Positions 57,680 through 64,000 of a stretch of DNA of 64,000 bases are shown in pieces (the first letter of the stretch is position 1; every line of letters begins with the position of its first letter). A program made the translations under genes and the position numbers. Under the pieces are notes generated by a model. That model saw only the letters and a program-made list of their open reading frames with translations, searched no databases and was not told the DNA's origin. Source of the stretch: Eledone cirrhosa (taxonomy: Eukaryota); the NCBI GenBank assembly GCA_964016885.1, contig OZ024740.1:291834001-291898000 (forward strand). Direction: 5' to 3'.

Positions 57680-57870
57680 TAATTGTTTCTACTTTTGGCA
57701 CAAGGCCAGCAATTATCCAAGTGTATTACTGGTACGTTATTTTATCGACCCCGTAAGGATGAAAGGCAAAGTTAACCTCGGCGGGATTTGAACTCAGAAT
57801 GGCAAGGGCCGTAACTCTATGCGTCAAAGCATGGCGTCCGACCCTCTACCGATACTGCCAATCCACCCTG
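57680..57870 (-). mobile_element. Full-length tRNA/Nin-like SINE with a probable target-site duplication
   Basis: TAATGTGTTTAAT flanks both sides (~57666 and ~57871). Confidence 0.85.
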
Positions 57871-58491
57871 TAATGTGTTTAATATTAATATATAAAGATT
57901 ATTTATTCAGCAAATTCCTTCACTTATATTTTGAAATAGATTGAAGTTTACCAGTTACACAAGGGAAGTAATCTTCTTCCATCTAAAATGATTACAAAAT
58001 GATTACAATTTTCTGCACAAACAGATTTAAGGTACTTAGTAGAGCAAGCTCTGTAAACAAAGCCCTTAACCTTTTAAAAATGCAGTAAATTGTGGTATTG
58101 TGCCTATGTATGAAATCAATATTAAACTAAAAATTAAGATGGCATGCAGACAACCTTAAAATATGGTATTTATTTTTAATTAACTATAAAACCAAATATG
58201 ATACAGTATGTATACTATACCTAGTATATATGCTATACAATATCATTAATATGGTAAAAATACTATGTATGAATGGAAAGTGAAAGAAAAACAATATAAG
58301 AACCCCCACAAGCACATTGTCTTGTACTGTGAAGAAATGTGCTAAATTGATGTTTAGTTGTATCTATGTTATTGATTTTAAAATTGTTTCGCTTTAGTTT
58401 TAGTCAGGTAACATTACAATTTTTATTCAGTTGTATAAATATCCTTACAAATTGTTCACAATTTTTTCAGAATAAAAATATAAATGCATAT

Positions 58492-58825
58492 CATCATCAT
58501 CATCATCATTTTACATCCGCTTTTCCCTGCTTGCAAGGGTGGGACGGGAACCGATTCTGGCTTGATTTCTACAGCTGGATGCCTTTCCTAACACCAACCT
58601 CATTTACAGTGAGTGCTGGGTGGTTTTTTGCCATGGCACCTACATGACCACTTTGCAGTGGAATGATAGGGACCCCAGTCCCTATCATCCCATTTCTACA
58701 GCTGAGTAAACTGGAGCAATGTGAAATAAAGTGTCTTGCTCAAGGAAACAACACATCACCCGGTCTGAGAATTGAACTCACAACCTTTCGATTGCAAGGC
58801 CAATGCTCTAACCACTAAGCCATGT
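58492..58825 (-). mobile_element. SINE with a tRNA-like head and an RTE-B-derived tail ending in (ATG)n
   Basis: A box TGGCTTAGTGG, B box GAGTTCAATTC, TCCTTGAGCAAGACACTT, then sequence matching 19545-19817. Confidence 0.85.
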
Positions 58826-59851
58826 TCATGAGAATAGCTTGGAACCTTGCAAACACAACACACCAAAATATACAATAAGAGCGAGAGAAAGAAAAAAACA
58901 AAAATGCCCATCAATTCACCACCAAGTATGACAGTTGGCCACACATCATAAGGGTCAACGGAAATTTTTGAGGCAAGCCAACACACTGTCAGCATTACTG
59001 TGGGTGATGGCAAGGTAAGGTTCTGAAACAACTGGAACCCTCATGGGCATCACTTGATTTTGAAATTGCTTTCCAAAATATAATGACTTCAAAAAACTAG
59101 GAATTGAATTCTTCAACAAAAAACATTGCAAATTAAGTCTAATGGAGTTCAAGCACCTAAACCATTTTATCATCTAGAAAATTGTGACTGCATTCTATGT
59201 TTCACAAAAACGTCTTTTATAAACTCATTTCTCTTAGCTATGAACTTTAATGAAACAACATCGACATTATAATCTGTGAAAATGCTACATAATTGATGAG
59301 TATTTTGTTAGTGGTTGAGACCCCAATGAAGATATAATGGCTATCTCATCCATGTTGTTATCCCAGTTAACAAGATACAATTTGTTGGAAACTTGGTTGA
59401 CATTTCTTGCTGGTTGAGTGACAATGTAGAAGTTCCTTCTGTGCATGTAAAATAAAAACTATATATTTTTTCCCCAGATATCATAAAATGTTTCATTTGA
59501 GGACAAAGGCCAGACTAACAATCTTTCACCCTGTTGGATACCTTATTGGTAATATATGATATCAGACAAAGAATAAACTAAAAATCTTTCATCCTGTGGG
59601 ATACCTTTTTAGTAATATATATCAGATTTGATTTGTTGTTATAACAGCTGAGGAGTAAAGTTGTCTAGAAAGTCTTGGTTTGGTATTCAATAGAGCTATT
59701 AGTAGCTGTAGAGCTTTGGCAAATATAACTTTATTTAACAAGAATTGTTAATGAGATCACAGTATAACATTTTAAGAACAATTTTATGTTGAAATATTTA
59801 TATAACTGGAGGAAATCAACTTTATTATTAAGTCTCATTTAAAAATAATGT

Positions 59852-61219
59852 TTAGAGATTTTTCAACTTTTTGTTAATTATAGTTTTCAAGTCTTGTACT
59901 GTACTACATCTCATGGTAAGAAGACAATTTTCTCGGAATTCATCATTTGTAGATCTACAAACAATGTTTGTAATTGCTTCGCTAACATGTGAAACACTGT
60001 TTTCATTTGTCAACTCATTATTTGAAATATTTTCATGAAAGACAAGATTTGTGCAACTCTGTATTGCCATTCTTATATTTTCTTCATTGGTATCAAAAAC
60101 AGACTCCAAATTGTTATGTAGATGTCCTAGAACATGTAAATCCATCATATATCTTTTATCAGTAATATCAAACATTATATAAATAACAACACGAAACGTT
60201 TGACGTTTTGAAGAATGTCTATCACTTAGTTGAGTAATAAGACATACTTCTGGCTGAAAAGAAGTATTAGTGCTTTCAAAGGAACTATTTACTATTGCTT
60301 TTAGACCATACTTCTCCCATGAAATAAAATCAATAATTACATCTGGAAGTTTTAAGGGTTCTCCACATGGACCAAATGAAAAAAATTCAACGAAATGCTG
60401 TTTTTCTCCTGGGATTTCTTCAGTAAGTGGAAAAACAAAACCAAGACAAGTTAAAGTAAAGACATCTCGGTAAACATTTTCCATGGTAGATATAGTTAAA
60501 GATATTGTGGTACCTGTATAAGTCTTTTTTGAAATATCATCTATCTTATCAGTTTTGCTATCTTGATGAAAATCAATGACTATTTTTTTATCACAAATTT
60601 CAATAATGTTGCTTGCAGGTAAGTCAAGTTCACAGATAATGCCTGCTATTTTTAATTCATATATGAATTCAACTGATGGGTTTAAAATTCTTAATTTTTT
60701 CAGATAATTGTGAATTTTTTTACATTCACTTAACATATGAACGTTACTTTGATAGATTCTCAAATACCAAGTGGATTGATATTGAAGAAATTTGTTGGCA
60801 TTTAGAGTAAATTCCTTTAAATCAGTGGTTTTATTTTGTAGATTTTTAATGAAAAAATAATTCCTTTGTAGAGCTTGGTTGTCATTCAAACACTTTTCAA
60901 TTTGACATAGGTGACTTTTATCTTTAATCAAAGATTGCATTTTTTCCACTACAAATTGTAATGTTGTGAGGAATCCTTCATTAAAATACGAAGAAATATT
61001 TGAAATACTTTTGAGACAAAATAGTTTAATTAGAAATAATTCTTTTTGGAAAGTTATTTCAGTTTCATGAGCATTTATAGCAAGGACAATTGAAGACTTA
61101 TCACTCCCAAATTCTTGCTTTTGTTCTAAAAATATCATACGTATCAATTCTTCTAGTGCTAAATGAATAGGTAGGTCTTCCATTTGACCAGTTTCAGCTG
61201 TTGTCCAGTTCTCAGCCAT
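59852..61219 (-). CDS. TOP6BL: Type 2 DNA topoisomerase 6 subunit B-like (TOPOVIBL / C11orf80 / DUF4554), 455 aa, uninterrupted ORF
   Basis: Collinear matches to recalled human TOP6BL: [29 protein letters not shown] ~ [37 protein letters not shown] ~ [16 protein letters not shown] ~ [19 protein letters not shown] ~ [30 protein letters not shown] ~ SIMSILTGSTRSSFRKMCL. First ATG at 61219; AATAAA about 25 nt after the stop. Confidence 0.85.
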   Translation of the reverse strand: [455 protein letters not shown]

Positions 61220-63654
61220 ATTTTCTGTCAAAGTTAGAAAATAAATCTTCTCAGTCAAAGTTAGAAAATAAAGAGTCTGTCACTCTCTTTCTTCCTTTCT
61301 CTAATAGTCCTGGTTTTGCACTCCTTTTCTTCTCATTTATAGTATTTATAGTCTTTTCCAATGCTGTTATCTGTTTCTGTATGTTTAACTAGATATATAG
61401 TTATATCGAAGTTAGAAAATAAATCGTCTGCTATGACAGACGCTACTTCCCAACCATTAAGTTATCTCCCTTAGTCACAAATATCGACTAATCGTTTGTT
61501 TCTGATTATTTGCTGCTGCATTCACAGCCTTAGCCTCTAGCGCTTCTTTACACTAAAATAGGTTCAAATTGTAATATTTGGACAATTTAAACATCACATT
61601 TACTAAACAAAATTATATTCATCTCTCCCAGGTTAGTATATTTATGATATTTTATCTTGTTGTTTGCAGTAACTAATATTATATTTGAAAATATGCAACT
61701 TGCATGTCGGTTCACAGATATTACATATGGCGCAGCGGTTATCCATTTTCACTAAAAATATTCTTCATATTTTCCTTGTATTTGTGTCTTTAGAGTGTTC
61801 CTTACTTCTGTAAAAAATGTATAATTCTTAACTGTTCAGTTGTAGCTTTAGAATAGTAACATTTTATTTATTTTTAAAAACACATATTATTGTACGTGTG
61901 CTTAACTTATAGTTTAAAATATTCATAAAAATTGATTCAATTTCATTAAATAATGGAATGTAAACATGAAATCGTTTTTGAAAATGTTACTAAAATACTC
62001 ATAATACGCTAAGAATAATTTCCACATCAATGTATTTAATATTTGTATGTTTTTCTCTTTTATCCGAAATATAAAATACGATGCTGCTATTTTCTTCTAA
62101 TCACATGTAATGTGATTAGAAATAGAGAAACCCTATAATTTATGTGGTTATTGACACGTTGAAGTGATTAAAAATAAGAATTAATTTCCATAATTTAATT
62201 TATTTCTGGGATACAATTACTTAAATGTTAATGTTCAGCATATTAGAAATGACAAACAGGATAGTTTAACTTTTCAGAAATAACTATTTATGGGATGTGA
62301 TTGGAAAACAAACTTGTATAAAATACTGTATAAATGTTAAGAGTTACAGACAGAGATATAAATATAGAAACACGTGGCGTATTATTATGGTCGATGTTCC
62401 ATTCTTTAATATGAATGTAATCCAGAGAAGAAACCGAATTATAACTATTATTCTTATAAAAATATATAAAGCGCTGTGCAATCAAACAATTTAACACATT
62501 TAAGTCTTATGATTTTAAACTAAAACTTCGCTGTATCGTCAAGGAAACAATAATATTGCTTTTGACATTCTTTAAAGTGTTTAATCTTTCAAAATACCAT
62601 CACGCCGTCTTAATTATTCGTTACACCAGAGAAGAATGTTTGAATACAAACTAAACTTTTAAATTGAGCAGATTTATATGATGAAGAGCGTTCCAGCTGT
62701 GACCACCCCCATCTTGTATATCTTGAACATTTTCTGGAAATCCTTCATATTGCGGTTGTAATCTAAAAAGAAATTACAAACCTTGACCCCAGAACAAAAC
62801 ACACCATGAAATTTTCTAAAGAAACAATAATTCTTTAAATATGCATATGTGATGTCTAAGATCTCAACGAAGCCATAGGCTTAGCAGTAATCCTATGTAA
62901 CTGAAAAGTATAGAGATTTTGATTGTATGTCAACAATTGTAATTACTAAGGAGGGGAAATTTTTCCGGAGATGCCTTCATAAAGATTATAAAGTTAACTC
63001 TAGAAATAATGTAGTAAAGAGAAAAATAACAGCTGTATTAACTCTAATCAAGAAAAGCAAGGGAGACAACTCTGAAATCATCTAATAAATGTTTAGCCTG
63101 AAAAAAGCTATTAGTCTCGTATGGCTGTGTAGTTAAGAAGTATACTTCACAACAGCATGGTTTCGAGTTTGATTCCACCGTCTAACACCTTGGGCAAGTG
63201 ATTTCTCCTAGATGACAATACATTGTGAGTGAATTTGCTTGGTAGAAACTGGAAACGTGCATATTTGTCTCTGTCTTTACATTGAATATCACTTAGGTAG
63301 AGCCTTTCAACATGTGAATCAGTGGAACGAGAACCTTACTATAAAAATCCAGGGTTGACATCAGGAAGGACGTTTTGTTATAGAATACTGCCCCAAAATG
63401 TATTGTTCAACCCATGCCAGCATGCAAGAGCCGACTTAAAAAAGGGATTTCAATGATGTATGTGTATATCTTTCTGTAAACAACAAAAAAGCATTGCATT
63501 TTAAAGAAAATCTGCTTTATTTATTCTACATCAGGTTACAGATACTATTTCCATCATTCTCCAGTTGGAAATCTGAACTGAAAATGTTATTGCTCAGTTG
63601 TTCTATGAGAAAAATTAAAATAAACTGAAACATCAGCATCAAATTCTAGAAGGG

Positions 63655-63841
63655 ACTATGTTAATCTAGTCTTAATGTGCTATGTTAATCTAGTCTTAAT
63701 ATGCTGTTAACCTAGTCTTAATGTGGTATGTTAATCTAGTCTTAATGTGCTATGTTAATCTAGTCTTAATGTGCTATGTTGATCTAGTCTTAATGTGCTA
63801 TGTTGATCTAGTCTTAATGTGCTATGTTAATCTAGTCTTAG
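63655..63841. repeat. 24-bp minisatellite, about 8 units
   Basis: CTATGTTAATCTAGTCTTAATGTG; gives rise to the spurious CYVNLVLM ORF. Confidence 0.93.
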
Positions 63842-64000
63842 TATTTGTATTGCTGCAAAGAAGCCATAACTGGAGGTGGATACAAGAAGATAACAGTACT
63901 TTAATCCCAGAAACATAGTAAATTCCGTCATCATTTATTGTCTATTTCCCGTGTTAGTTAGTGTTGGACAACTGATCACAGACCACATTGGTATTTAATT

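Noticed and set aside
58755-58825. tRNA-like sequences (also ~44110, ~54530-54597, ~57790-57870, ~63120-63190)
   Set aside because: They have A/B boxes but no complete cloverleaf and continue into repeat bodies, so they are SINE heads.
61220-61258. 13-aa N-terminal extension of the 468-aa ORF
   Set aside because: It starts at TTG within a duplicated motif; the first ATG is at 61219.
63721-63918. CYVNLVLM repeat ORF
   Set aside because: Translation of a 24-bp minisatellite.

Overview
AT-rich, intron-rich animal genomic DNA. The SINE/RTE repeat complement points to a coleoid cephalopod, probably an octopod (inference). Three host genes are visible. (1) SEC31 (COPII outer coat) is on the minus strand: I traced 23 phase-consistent GT-AG coding exons from the ATG at 36486 down to 589, about 1091 codons, and the gene continues off the left edge. 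A probable non-coding first exon and promoter lie near 43 kb. (2) Mitochondrial ribosomal protein bL36m (MRPL36) is on the plus strand at 54761-55318 and carries an unusual C-terminal extension. (3) A single-exon 455-aa ORF on the minus strand (59852-61219) is, by motif comparison, the meiotic SPO11 partner TOP6BL/TOPOVIBL (C11orf80, DUF4554), and it ends before the REC114-binding tail. The rest is decayed mobile DNA: two RTE LINE families (one with a PHD finger inside the RT), CR1, R4/Dong-like and CRE-like fragments, several tRNA-derived SINEs, TTAA- and TA-type MITEs, fold-backs, and minisatellites, some clearly derived from LINE sequence. There is no CRISPR array, rRNA or true tRNA gene. 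Most short ORFs in the track are repeat-derived or random. All family assignments come from recalled motifs, not from database searches.
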